Positions 19,062 through 27,698 of a DNA stretch of 64,000 nucleotides are shown here, piece after piece; position 1 is the first letter of the stretch; every line of letters starts with the position of its first letter. The stretch is taken from the NCBI GenBank assembly GCA_052143575.1, contig JBKQSP010000116.1, forward strand, positions 205 to 64,204, given 5' to 3'. A model generated the notes under the pieces. The model did not search any database. It had not been told where the DNA came from and was given only the letters and a program-made list of their open reading frames with translations. The DNA is from Acidimicrobiales bacterium (lineage in GTDB: Bacteria; Actinomycetota; Acidimicrobiia; Acidimicrobiales; Bog-793). Made by a program: the position numbers and the translations under genes.

Positions 19062-20387
19062 TCAGCGGGGCGAGTCGATCACCGCCATGAGCTCGACGTG
19101 CTCGGTCATCGGGAAGAGGTCAAAGGCCCGCAACGCCGACAGCGACCAGCCGGCATCGAGCAGCACCCGCAGGTCGCGAGCGAACGAGGCGGGGTCGCAG
19201 GCGACGTAGACGATCCGTCGCAAACGCTGCAGGGCGGCGAGGGCGGCCGTCACCTGCTGCCCGGCACCTTGCCGGGGCGGATCGAGAACGGCGAGCTCGG
19301 TGACCCGTAGCTCGCGGGCAACCAGCTCCGGCGTCACGCGGGCGCACAGCACGTCGACATGGGCGGAACGCACGACGTTGCGATAGGCGTCCTCGGCGGA
19401 CTGCTCGTCCTGCTCGACGGCAAGGACGTGACCGCCCTCGCCGACAGCGTCCGCAAGGAGTGCCGTGAAGAGCCCGACGCCGGCGTACAGGTCGGCGACG
19501 ACCTGCCCCTCCCGCGGCTCGGCGAGGTCGAGGAGGGCTCGCCCGAGCGTGGCCGGGGCACCGATGTGCACCTGCCAGAAGGCGCCCCCACTGACGGCAA
19601 AGCGGTGACCGAGGACGTCGAGCTGCAGCTCCCGAGGCTCCCGCAGCGTGCGCCCGTCGACGACGAGCCCGCCGTCGAAGCGCGGCACGTTCACCCGTGC
19701 CCCCCGCCGCGACTCGACGGCGACCGTGAGCTCGCCGTCGGCATCCGGCGCGAAGACCTCGACCTCCTCGGCACCCGTCCAGGTCATCTGCTCAGGCGCC
19801 AGAGCGGCGATGCCCGGGCCGGCGATGGGGCAGTGATCGACGGGCTGCACGTCGCGCGAGCGGTAGCGGTGGAACCCGAGTCGGCCCCTCGGCAACACGC
19901 TGTAGCGAACCCGGGTCCGCCAGGCGAGCCCGTTGTCGTCGCCCGGCACGGGCTCGACGATGACAGCAGGATCGATGCGGGCGATCCGCTGCAGCTGCTC
20001 GCCCACGAGGGCCGCCTTCATCTCGCGCTGCATCGGCAAGGACACGTGCTGCCAGTCGCAGCCACCGCACCGGCCGGGGCCCGCGTGCCGGCAGGGCGGC
20101 GGTACGCGGCTCGCCGCCGCCTCGCCGATGGTGACGGCGTCGGCACGCACGAACGAGCGGGCTTCTTCGGTGATGCGGGCGAGCACGCGCTCACCCGGGA
20201 TGGCGTGGCGCACGAAGGCGACGCGGCCGTCGGGAAGGCGGGCGACGCAGCCGCCGCCGGCGGCCGGCTTGCCGACGACGAGCTCCACGAGCCCATCCGG
20301 GTGTTCGCCGGCGAGGTCGCTCGCTTCACCGGACGTCTCGAAGTCGACTCGGCCCCCACTATGCCTGCGGTCAGGATCCCCGGTCAC
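19062..20387 (-). CDS. TRAM-domain, [4Fe-4S]-type RNA (uracil-5-)-methyltransferase (RlmD/TrmA family)
   Basis: TRAM 'LVVGKPAAGGGCVARLPDGRVAFVRHAIPGERV'. Cys cluster 'CRHAGPGRCGGCDWQH'. SAM motif 'VADLYAGVGLF'. 'IVYVACDPASFARD'. Start set at GTG 20387. The upstream 382 codons of ORF 19062..21533 overlap the MFS gene out of frame. Confidence 0.8.
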   Translation of the reverse strand: MTGDPDRRHSGGRVDFETSGEASDLAGEHPDGLVELVVGKPAAGGGCVARLPDGRVAFVRHAIPGERVLARITEEARSFVRADAVTIGEAAASRVPPPCRHAGPGRCGGCDWQHVSLPMQREMKAALVGEQLQRIARIDPAVIVEPVPGDDNGLAWRTRVRYSVLPRGRLGFHRYRSRDVQPVDHCPIAGPGIAALAPEQMTWTGAEEVEVFAPDADGELTVAVESRRGARVNVPRFDGGLVVDGRTLREPRELQLDVLGHRFAVSGGAFWQVHIGAPATLGRALLDLAEPREGQVVADLYAGVGLFTALLADAVGEGGHVLAVEQDEQSAEDAYRNVVRSAHVDVLCARVTPELVARELRVTELAVLDPPRQGAGQQVTAALAALQRLRRIVYVACDPASFARDLRVLLDAGWSLSALRAFDLFPMTEHVELMAVIDSPR

Positions 20388-20446
20388 GTTCCATCTTCTC
20401 CCGCCCGGCCGCCGCACACCGCATTTGCCCGCGCCGCCCCGCCGGC

Positions 20447-22045
20447 TTACTCCGTGGCGGGGGCGACGACAGGGTTGTGCGCAGGAAGGTCGGGAAGCCC
20501 GTGGGCGCCAAACCCCGGGCCGACGGCACCGGCGGCCGGCTCTGCCGAGGAGGCGGCGCCAGGCGAGGCGCCGGCGGGCGACTCCGCAGGAGCGGCGGCG
20601 TCTGCTCCACGAGCGGCCGCCGCTCCGAGGCCGGTCCGCTTCGCCGGTACGAGCAGCGCGGCCGCCCCGGCGGCGAGGGCGATGAACGCACTCACCCGGA
20701 AGGCGAGCGTGTAGCCGTCGGTCAGGGCGACGAACCGGTTCACGACGGCGCTCGCATGCGTCGTCCTCGACGTCGCCACGGTCGCCAGCACGGCCAGGCC
20801 GACGGCGCCACCGATCTGGCGGGAGGTGTTCACGAGGCCGGACGCCAGGCCTGCCTCGCTCGGCGGCACGCCCGCAGTGGCGGCGTAGGCGAGCGGTGTG
20901 AACGAGAGGCCAAGGCCGAGCGTGATGAGGACGCTCGGCAGGAAGAAACCGGACCAGTACCCGGTGTCCACGCCAAGGAAGGAGAACATGAGGAGCCCGA
21001 CAGCCGAGAGAGCGCCGCCGAGGACGAGGAGCGGCCGCGGGCCGAGTCGCAGCACGAGACGGGAGGAGACCTGGGCGCCGACGATGATGGCGACGGTTTG
21101 CGGCACGAAGGCGAAGCCGGTGCGCAGCGGCGTGTAGCCGTGCACTTCCTGCAGGTAGAGCGACACGAAGAACCACATGGCGAAGAGCGCGCCCGACAGC
21201 AGGAACATCACGAGGTTCGCTGTCCAGATCGAACGCCGCTTGAACATGGGCAACGGCATGAGGGGGGAGCTTGCGACGGCCGACTCGTGCGCGAGGAACC
21301 AACCGATGAACGCGGCGGCGAGGGCGAGGGCGACGGTCGTCTGCCAGGAGCCCCAGCCGACGCTCGTCGTGCGGACGACGGCGAACACAAGTGCTGACAG
21401 CCCAGCTGTCACGAGCACGGCGCCGGGCACGTCGAGCGGTTGGCGCTCGCCTTGTGCCCGGCTCTCCTGCAGGAATGCCCTGCCGGCGATGAAGGTGGCG
21501 ATGCCGATCGGGATGTTGATGAAGAGGATCCATCGCCAGGACAGCTCCTCGGTGAGGACACCGCCAAGGAGCGCACCGGTGGCGCCGCCGGCCCCGGCCA
21601 CGGCGCTCCAGATCCCCATCGCCCTGGCGCGGGCCTTCGGCTCACGGAACGTGGTCGTGAGGATGGTCAAGGTCGTCGGGGAGAGGATGGCACCGCCGAG
21701 GCCCTGGACGGCTCGAGCCGTGATCAACATCGCCTGGTCCTGGGCGAAGCCTCCGAGGAGGCTGGCGAGGGTGAACACCGTCAGCCCGAGAAGGAAGACC
21801 CGTCGCCGCCCGAAGAGATCGGCGATGCGCCCACCGAGCAGGAGGAAGCCGGCGAAGGTCAAGGTGTAGGCGTTCAGCACCCATTGCAGCTCCGCCTGCG
21901 AGAAACCCAAGCTGCTCTTGATCGAGGGCAGTGCCACATTGACGATCGAGACGTCGAGCAGGACCATGAACTGGGCGACGCACGCCAGCGTGAGGATCAC
22001 CCAGTCCGGTGTTCGGCGACCGCTCCCGCCCTCGCTCTCTTGCAT
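20447..22045 (-). CDS. MFS transporter, DHA2 (EmrB/QacA-like, 14-TMS) family
   Basis: 'FMVLLDVSIVNVALPSI' and 'LLGGRIADLFGRRRVFLLG' are DHA2 motifs. Ala/Pro-rich C-terminal tail. Start is ATG 22045 or 22060; the ORF track starts at 22411. Confidence 0.85.
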   Translation of the reverse strand: MQESEGGSGRRTPDWVILTLACVAQFMVLLDVSIVNVALPSIKSSLGFSQAELQWVLNAYTLTFAGFLLLGGRIADLFGRRRVFLLGLTVFTLASLLGGFAQDQAMLITARAVQGLGGAILSPTTLTILTTTFREPKARARAMGIWSAVAGAGGATGALLGGVLTEELSWRWILFINIPIGIATFIAGRAFLQESRAQGERQPLDVPGAVLVTAGLSALVFAVVRTTSVGWGSWQTTVALALAAAFIGWFLAHESAVASSPLMPLPMFKRRSIWTANLVMFLLSGALFAMWFFVSLYLQEVHGYTPLRTGFAFVPQTVAIIVGAQVSSRLVLRLGPRPLLVLGGALSAVGLLMFSFLGVDTGYWSGFFLPSVLITLGLGLSFTPLAYAATAGVPPSEAGLASGLVNTSRQIGGAVGLAVLATVATSRTTHASAVVNRFVALTDGYTLAFRVSAFIALAAGAAALLVPAKRTGLGAAAARGADAAAPAESPAGASPGAASSAEPAAGAVGPGFGAHGLPDLPAHNPVVAPATE

Positions 22046-22185
22046 TGGCGTCGCCCCCATGTGTGTCGGCAACGCGGCCAGGTGCCCCTGCATTCCCCAC
22101 CGGCGACGCCCGTCTTCCTCGAGTCCCACCCTGCCGGCTCCGTCCCAGGTCAACCGGTCCGACACCGCAGCGCTGGCGCGTGCGA

Positions 22186-22191
22186 CAGAAT
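22186..22191 (+). promoter_or_regulatory. -10-like hexamer CAGAAT 6 nt upstream of the hydrolase ATG 22198
   Basis: CAGAAT, then 'cgaggc', then ATG. No SD is present. Confidence 0.25.
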
Positions 22192-22197
22192 CGAGGC

Positions 22198-23208
22198 ATG
22201 TACCGACGCCTCCGAGGCGGCGCCTGCGCTCTCGCCATGGCGGCTGCCCTGGCCGCTTGTGCACCGAGCGGTAGCACGACGACCAGCACGACGTCTCCGG
22301 CCGGCACCCCCACGAGCTCGACGCCGGCGGCGGCGACATCGACCACCTCGACCGGCGCGACGACGACCTCGAGCACGCTGCCGGCGAGCGCCGTGTCGAT
22401 CGTGCGGGCACCGGTTCTCGTCGCCCACACCTCGGACGGCACCGTCGGCTACCGGACCGTCGGCGCCGGTCCTCCCCTCGTCATGATCATGGGCTACTCG
22501 GGATCGATGGACACCTGGGATCCGAGCTTCGTCGATGCTCTCGGTCGGGCGCATCGCGTCGTGATCTTCGACAACGCCGGCATCGGGCGCACGAGCCCGC
22601 TCGCCCGGCCGCTCACGATCACCGCCATGGCGACCCAGACGGCGGCTCTCATCAGGGCGCTCCACCTCGGCCGCCCCGACATCCTCGGCTGGTCGATGGG
22701 CGGCATGATCGCCCAAGCGCTCGCCGTCCTCTACCCCTCTCTCGTGCACCGCCTCGTGCTGTGCGCCACGCTGCCTGGCAACGGCACGGCAACGCTGCCG
22801 TCGGCGGCCGCCGCCAAGTCGCTCGCCGACCCGACGAGCGCCTCAGGCGTGCTCAACTCATTGTTCCCCGCCAACCAGCACGCGGCGCTCGGGGACTACC
22901 TCTCCCAGATTCTCCGATTCCCACACTTCTACCTGGCCTCAGCGTCGGTCGACCACGCCCAGCTGGCGACGCTGCTTCCCTGGCTCGAGGGCAAGGAAAG
23001 CGCCGGCCGTCGCATCGCCCAGATCGCCGCTCCCACCCTCGTAGCCGACGGGCTGCAGGACCTCCTCGTCCCGACGGCGAACGACCACAGCCTCGTTACC
23101 GCCATCAGGGGCGGGCGGCTCATCCTGTACGGCGATGCCGGGCACGCCTTCCTGTTCCAGGACGAGAAGCGGTTCGTGCCAACGGTGGAGGCGTTTCTGG
23201 CTGCCTGA
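22198..23208 (+). CDS. Alpha/beta-hydrolase lipoprotein
   Basis: ATG 22198. Lipobox 'AALAAC' followed by a Ser/Thr-rich linker. Nucleophile elbow 'GWSMGG'. C-terminal 'YGDAGHAFLFQ' contains the catalytic His. Confidence 0.8.
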   Translation: MYRRLRGGACALAMAAALAACAPSGSTTTSTTSPAGTPTSSTPAAATSTTSTGATTTSSTLPASAVSIVRAPVLVAHTSDGTVGYRTVGAGPPLVMIMGYSGSMDTWDPSFVDALGRAHRVVIFDNAGIGRTSPLARPLTITAMATQTAALIRALHLGRPDILGWSMGGMIAQALAVLYPSLVHRLVLCATLPGNGTATLPSAAAAKSLADPTSASGVLNSLFPANQHAALGDYLSQILRFPHFYLASASVDHAQLATLLPWLEGKESAGRRIAQIAAPTLVADGLQDLLVPTANDHSLVTAIRGGRLILYGDAGHAFLFQDEKRFVPTVEAFLAA

Positions 23209-23212
23209 GCAC

Positions 23213-23752
23213 TCAGGACGTCAGGGGGCTTCCCGTCTCGCTGTCCTGGCGGCGGGTACCCAGCCCGGTGTCGGCGCTGTGCTGCCACCAGACCTCGAGC
23301 CGCTGCTGGAGCTCCTCCACGTTGCGGGCGGCGCGATTGGACTGCAGCGTGCGTGCGCAGGCATCGAGAGCGAGGCGCTCACCGCTCACGAGGTCGAGCA
23401 CGACGGTCTGGTTCGGGCTCTTCGCCACCGAGCTCTCGCCGAGGGCGACGGCCTCGATGCGGGAGCGCTCGAGGTGGTGGGTGGCGAAGAGGTTGCGGAC
23501 CTCGAGGTGGTCGCCCCGCACGAGCACCGCAAGGCTGAGCAGCCGGTAGTAGTACGCGATCCACATGACGAGGGCGACAGCGGCCCCGGCCGCCCAGTAG
23601 GTGCCACGTCCCGCCAGCGCGATCGTGACGGCGGTAGCGACGAGGCCGCCGGCGACAAGGATCCCGCCGTGCACGAGGCGTCCGGAACGGGGCGTCCGGA
23701 TCTCGATATCGGGCGTGCCTGTCCCGTGGCGGGCGCCGATCACATTCAACAT
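23213..23752 (-). CDS. Membrane protein with bacterial PH-like (YdbS-type) domain
   Basis: Two TM helices ('GGILVAGGLVATAVTIAL', 'AAGAAVALVMWIAYYY') followed by 'VLVRGDHLEVRNLFATHHLERSRIEAVALGE', the usual layout of bPH proteins. Call made by pattern only. Confidence 0.5.
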   Translation of the reverse strand: MLNVIGARHGTGTPDIEIRTPRSGRLVHGGILVAGGLVATAVTIALAGRGTYWAAGAAVALVMWIAYYYRLLSLAVLVRGDHLEVRNLFATHHLERSRIEAVALGESSVAKSPNQTVVLDLVSGERLALDACARTLQSNRAARNVEELQQRLEVWWQHSADTGLGTRRQDSETGSPLTS

Positions 23753-23832
23753 TGTCGCAATGAAGCTGGCGTCAGTGGTGGCTTTCCGTCCTGGGAGTCC
23801 GCCGCGGGCGAGGGATCAGGTATCTGCGGTGC

Positions 23833-24633
23833 TCACGTCGGCGTCGTGGTAGGCGTCGCCGGCGGCGTGAACTCGCTGGCGGGCACGCTCGTGGAGTAGC
23901 TCTGCAGCGTCACGGTGTTGGTGCCCGTCGATGTCGTGGACTTCTCCTGGGCGAACACCCCGCTCGAGGTCACGCACACCGTGTAGGTGCCGGCGCTCCC
24001 GGTGGTGGTGTCCTTCCACGTCCAGCACGTCACCGGCTGGCCGCCGACGGTGCTCGACGACGACGTCGCCCCTGCCTGTGCCAGGTGGGCCTGCACGAGA
24101 GCGAGCGCCGCCTTCGATCCATAGACGTCGCTGAAAGCGCTGATCGTCGAACCGAGCGTCGAAGCCTCGGGGCCGGTGAAGCACGTCCAGGTGGACGCTG
24201 ACTTGGTGCAGACGTCCGTCGCCGACGAGGTGGCGATCTCCTCGAAGGAGCCCTTCGTCTCGTCGACGCTGAAGAGCGAGCTCGTGCCGCTGTGAGCCAC
24301 GGTGAAGGTGCCATTCGTCGACTGCCCGTCGTTCGTTCCCGAGAGCGAGTAGGTGGCGACGAACGTGGCGTTCTGGCCCGCTGCCAGCTTCGACTCGAGC
24401 TCGGAGAGCGATGTGGCGCCACCCGAGCCGGAGGTCGTGCTCGTCGTGCTCGAGCCGCCGGCCGCCGCCGCCGTCGTCGTGCTCGAGCCGCTCGCAACCG
24501 TCGTCGTCGTGGTCGGCGAGGAGGAGCTGCTGCAGGCAGCCGCCGCCAGGGCGAGGGCCGCCAGCGCCGCCGCAGCCGTGATGCGGCCTCTCGAGAGGCG
24601 CAACAGGCGACTCCTTGCAGCGTTCGTGCTCAT
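23833..24633 (-). CDS. Lipoprotein with Ser/Thr-rich linker, function unknown
   Basis: GGAGG 7 nt upstream of ATG 24633. Signal 'AAAALAALALAAAAC'. Long S/T/G low-complexity stretch, then a roughly 170-aa globular part. No family recognised. Confidence 0.55.
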   Translation of the reverse strand: MSTNAARSRLLRLSRGRITAAAALAALALAAAACSSSSSPTTTTTVASGSSTTTAAAAGGSSTTSTTSGSGGATSLSELESKLAAGQNATFVATYSLSGTNDGQSTNGTFTVAHSGTSSLFSVDETKGSFEEIATSSATDVCTKSASTWTCFTGPEASTLGSTISAFSDVYGSKAALALVQAHLAQAGATSSSSTVGGQPVTCWTWKDTTTGSAGTYTVCVTSSGVFAQEKSTTSTGTNTVTLQSYSTSVPASEFTPPATPTTTPT

Positions 24634-24751
24634 GGGACGACCTCCTTGGCGTTCTTGCCGCCGCGAGAACCTGTCAGGAATTGACGGCCACATTGTGGCA
24701 CGTCTCCGGCACCACCTCCGACCAGGGGGCAAGTGGCCGTTGCGGGCCGCT

Positions 24752-25207
24752 TCAGCGCTCGTAGATGATGAACGAGGTCCGGTGGGCGAGCGTGTCGTAG
24801 AGGGAGCGAGCCGGGCTGTTGTATTCCTGCGTCTCCCAGTAGGTCCGCACGGCGCCCCTCCGGTCGGCTTCGGCGTAGACCGCCTCGATCAGCTGGCGGG
24901 CCGTCCCGCTGCCGCGAGCCTCGGGGTCCACGAAGAGGTCCTCCAGGTAGCAGTAGCTGCCGTCGGACCAGGTGGAGCTGTGGAACACGAGATGGGCGAA
25001 GCCGATCGGGCTCCCGTCCTCTGCGATGGCGACGAGACCCCGCAGGCCGTCGCCTCCGCTGCAGAGGCGGTCGAAGGTCACCGCCGTCACCGAGTCCGGC
25101 ACCTCGCCCCGGTAGAAGTGCAAGTAGCCACGCCACAGCTCTTCCCAGCCCGCACGGTCGCCTGGCTCGAGCTGCCTGATCATCTCGCCCTCCCTGTTCA
25201 CCGTCAC
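24752..25207 (-). CDS. GNAT family N-acetyltransferase
   Basis: 'YLEDLFVDPEARGSGTARQLIEAVYAEA' is the acetyl-CoA binding motif A (R/Q-x-x-G-x-G/A). Confidence 0.85.
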   Translation of the reverse strand: MTVNREGEMIRQLEPGDRAGWEELWRGYLHFYRGEVPDSVTAVTFDRLCSGGDGLRGLVAIAEDGSPIGFAHLVFHSSTWSDGSYCYLEDLFVDPEARGSGTARQLIEAVYAEADRRGAVRTYWETQEYNSPARSLYDTLAHRTSFIIYER

Positions 25208-25230
25208 GGTCGCAACGCCCCCTTGGCGCC

Positions 25231-25995
25231 ATGGCGAACGCTACCGTCGGGGCAATGACCAGCACAGCCGACTCGGCGGAGCCGCCGGCATCCTCGCCGC
25301 AACGCGTCCTTGTCGTCACCGCTCACCCCGACGACGTCGACTTCGGATCCGCCGGCACGGTCGCCACCATGACGGCGGCGGGCATCGAGGTGACCTACTG
25401 CATCATCACCGACGGCGCCGCCGGCGCCGCCGACCCCGACGTCGTGCTGGAGGATCTCCCGCACCGCCGCCAGGCCGAGCAGCGCAAGGCGGCAGCCGAG
25501 GTCGGAGTCAGCCAGGTGATGTTTCTCGGCTACCCCGACGGCCGCCTGGAAGTCAGCTATGAGCTGCGGCGCGACCTGAGCAGGGTGATCCGCCAGACGC
25601 GCCCCGACCGGGTCGTCTGCCAGTCGCCCGAGCGCAACTGGGACCGCATCCGTGCGAGCCACCCGGATCACCTGGCCGCCGGCGAGGCCACGCTGCAGGC
25701 CGTCTATCCCGACTCGCGCAACCCCTACGCCCACCCTGAGCTGCTCGCCTCCGGGTTCCAGCCGCATGAGGTCGGCGAGGTCTGGCTCATGGCCTCGCCG
25801 CGAGCGGATCATTTCGTCGACATCACGAGCGTCATCGAGCGCAAGCTGGCGGCCCTGCGGTGCCACGAGAGCCAGGTGGGAGAACCGGAACAGCTCGAGG
25901 AGTTCGTCCGGCGCTGGACGGCGGCCACCGCCCTGCAGGCCGGCTTCGGCGAGGGCCGCCACGCCGAGGCCTTCCAGGTGGTGAACACGAGGTGA
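25231..25995 (+). CDS. PIG-L/LmbE family deacetylase (MshB/Mca-related fold)
   Basis: 'VLVVTAHPDDVDFGSAG' and 'HPDHLAAGEA' are zinc-ligand motifs of the LmbE family. Confidence 0.8.
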   Translation: MANATVGAMTSTADSAEPPASSPQRVLVVTAHPDDVDFGSAGTVATMTAAGIEVTYCIITDGAAGAADPDVVLEDLPHRRQAEQRKAAAEVGVSQVMFLGYPDGRLEVSYELRRDLSRVIRQTRPDRVVCQSPERNWDRIRASHPDHLAAGEATLQAVYPDSRNPYAHPELLASGFQPHEVGEVWLMASPRADHFVDITSVIERKLAALRCHESQVGEPEQLEEFVRRWTAATALQAGFGEGRHAEAFQVVNTR

Positions 25996-26094
25996 ACTCT
26001 GCGGGCGGCCATTGCCAGTCGGTGCCGGCAGAGGTGATACTGCGCACAACAGCAGCCAGCCATCGTTGCGAGCGACCCGAAACGGAGACCTGAC

Positions 26095-26871
26095 GTGGAG
26101 AAGACGTCCTACGAGCCCGGCACGCCGTCCTGGATCGACCTCGGGAGCCCGGATCCCGCAAAGGCGGCGGGTTTCTACTCTGAGCTGTTCGGCTGGGACG
26201 TGATCGATCTCGGCGAGGAGGCGGGCGGCTATCGCATGGCGTCGGTCGCCGGTCAGCCCGTGGCCGGCCTCGGGGCGCAGATGAACCCGGCCGCCCCGCC
26301 CTACTGGACGACGTACATCGCCGTCGCTGACGCCGACGCCACCGCAGCCGCCGTCAAGGCGGCCGGCGGCACGGTGTTCGCCGAGCCGTTCGACGTCATG
26401 GACGCCGGGCGCATGGCTGTCTTCGCCGATCCGACGGGCGCCGCCGTCTCGGTCTGGCAAGCGGGAACCCACAGCGGATCCGGCCGCGTCAACGAGCACG
26501 GAGCCATGTGCTGGCACGAGTTGCAGACACGCGACCCGGAGGCGGCAAAGGCGTTCTATGCGACCGTCTTCGGCTGGGGCACGGCCGTCGAGGAGATGGA
26601 CGACGCCGATGACTACTTCATGTGGAAGCTCGGCGAAACGACCGTCGGCGGCCTCATGGTGATGGGGGAGGACTTCCCATCCGACGTCCCGTCCAACTGG
26701 CTCGTCTACTTCGCCGTGGACGACTGCGACGCCGCCGTGGCCCGGGTCGCCGAGCTCGGCGGTAGCGTCCATGTGCCGCCGACTGACATACCACCCGGCC
26801 GTTTCGCCGTCGTGAGCGATCCCGACGGCGCGATGTTCAGCGTCATCAAGCTGACACCGCCGGAGGGCTGA
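26095..26871 (+). CDS. Two-domain VOC family protein
   Basis: GGAGA upstream of GTG 26095. The VOC module is duplicated: 'PSWIDLGSPDPAKAAGFYSELFGW' and 'MCWHELQTRDPEAAKAFYATVFGW'. Confidence 0.8.
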   Translation: MEKTSYEPGTPSWIDLGSPDPAKAAGFYSELFGWDVIDLGEEAGGYRMASVAGQPVAGLGAQMNPAAPPYWTTYIAVADADATAAAVKAAGGTVFAEPFDVMDAGRMAVFADPTGAAVSVWQAGTHSGSGRVNEHGAMCWHELQTRDPEAAKAFYATVFGWGTAVEEMDDADDYFMWKLGETTVGGLMVMGEDFPSDVPSNWLVYFAVDDCDAAVARVAELGGSVHVPPTDIPPGRFAVVSDPDGAMFSVIKLTPPEG

Positions 26872-26933
26872 GGCCGGCACTGGCGGCTGAGCAGCCGCAG
26901 CCGGCCCACGGCCGGCGCGCGAGGAGGTGAACC

Positions 26934-27452
26934 ATGGCGAACATCATCGGATTCCCGAACCCGGTCAACGAGACCTCGGCGCGGGTCGTGGCCGGCGGTG
27001 TCGTCGCCATGGGGACGGCGACGATCGCCCTCGATCAACCCTGGCTCCTCGTGCCGATCACCTACGGGTTTGCCGCCCGCGTGCTCACGGGCCCGAAGCT
27101 GAGCCCGCTCGGTCAACTGGCGACCAAGGTCGTGACGCCTCGCTTGAACATCGAGCACCGTTTCGTCCCCGGCCCTCCGAAACGCCTCGCCCAGGGCGTC
27201 GGTCTCGCCATGTCCGGCACGGCCCTCGCCCTGGCGGCCACAGGTCGCCGGCGGGCCGCCTACCGGGTGCTGGGCGGGCTGATCGGCGCCGCCAGCTTGG
27301 AGGCCTTCCTTGGCTTCTGCATCGCCTGCCGGGCCTTTCCCGTGCTCATGAAGGCGGGGCTCATCCCGGAGGACGTCTGCCGGGAGTGCGCCGACATCTG
27401 GTTGCGTCCCACAGCGGCCGCTGGCGACGTCGACGAGGCGGACGTCGCCTGA
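26934..27452 (+). CDS. DUF4395-like membrane protein with paired C-x2-C motifs
   Basis: GGAGG 6 nt upstream of ATG. 'NETSARVVAGGVVAMG...', 'FLGFCIACRAF' and 'EDVCRECADIW' resemble DUF4395 family members. Confidence 0.6.
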   Translation: MANIIGFPNPVNETSARVVAGGVVAMGTATIALDQPWLLVPITYGFAARVLTGPKLSPLGQLATKVVTPRLNIEHRFVPGPPKRLAQGVGLAMSGTALALAATGRRRAAYRVLGGLIGAASLEAFLGFCIACRAFPVLMKAGLIPEDVCRECADIWLRPTAAAGDVDEADVA

Positions 27453-27496
27453 GAGGTCGTTGCCCGCCGGCCGCCTCGCCCGGTAGACTGGCGGTC

Positions 27497-27573
27497 CGCC
27501 CGAGCGAAAGGAGGTCCGTGGAGATGACTGTTGACTGCCGATTGTCGTTCCATGCTGGCCGCGCGCTCGGGTG
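27497..27573 (+). promoter_or_regulatory. Long-range stem enclosing the SD and most of the mini-ORF (candidate cis-regulatory or sRNA structure)
   Basis: 'cGCCCGAGCG' (27497-27506) pairs with 'CGCTCGGGTG' (27564-27573): 8 Watson-Crick pairs, one G-U, one more pair. An inner hairpin is UGGAG-AU-GAC...GUC-G-UUCCA. Confidence 0.3.
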
Positions 27574-27586
27574 CCCTACCACCTGA
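27524..27586 (+). CDS. Candidate 20-codon mini-ORF (MTVDCRLSFHAGRALGCPTT)
   Basis: Perfect AAAGGAGG (27507..27514) lies 9 nt upstream of ATG 27524, and a TGA stop is at 27584. The ORF lies inside a long-range stem (27497..27573). No homology recognised. It could instead be part of a structured RNA. Confidence 0.25.
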   Translation: MTVDCRLSFHAGRALGCPTT

Positions 27587-27605
27587 TCCGATCCGGGTCT
27601 GCGCC

Positions 27606-27627
27606 GGCGTCGCCGCTTGACGACGCC
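27606..27627 (+). terminator. Hairpin followed by a T-containing tract downstream of the mini-ORF/DUF4395 gene
   Basis: GGCGTCG-ccgcttga-CGACGCC followed by 'cgccCTTTGCTCTTcg'. Confidence 0.35.
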
Positions 27628-27698
27628 CGCCCTTTGCTCTTCGAGCGAACCGTGACGGAGGCACCTGAGCTCCCCATTCTCAGAGGAGCCGATCCACC

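Noticed and set aside
20388-21533. The N-terminal 382 codons of ORF 19062..21533 would make an 823-aa methyltransferase.
   Set aside because: This part overlaps the DHA2 MFS gene on the same strand in another frame and is Arg/Pro-rich. The TRAM domain begins just after GTG 20387, which has a GGGAG upstream.
24687-24699. A perfect 6-1-6 palindrome GCCACA-t-TGTGGC upstream of the Ser/Thr-rich lipoprotein gene.
   Set aside because: It is a short isolated dyad with no cognate regulator nearby. I cannot distinguish it from chance.
27453-27698. I considered whether the long intergenic region encodes a tRNA, SRP RNA, 6S/6C RNA or a known riboswitch.
   Set aside because: I saw no cloverleaf, no SRP 'GGAA/AGCA' domain IV motif, no C-rich 6C loops and no riboswitch core that I recognise. 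It is kept only as an unclassified structured element plus mini-ORF.
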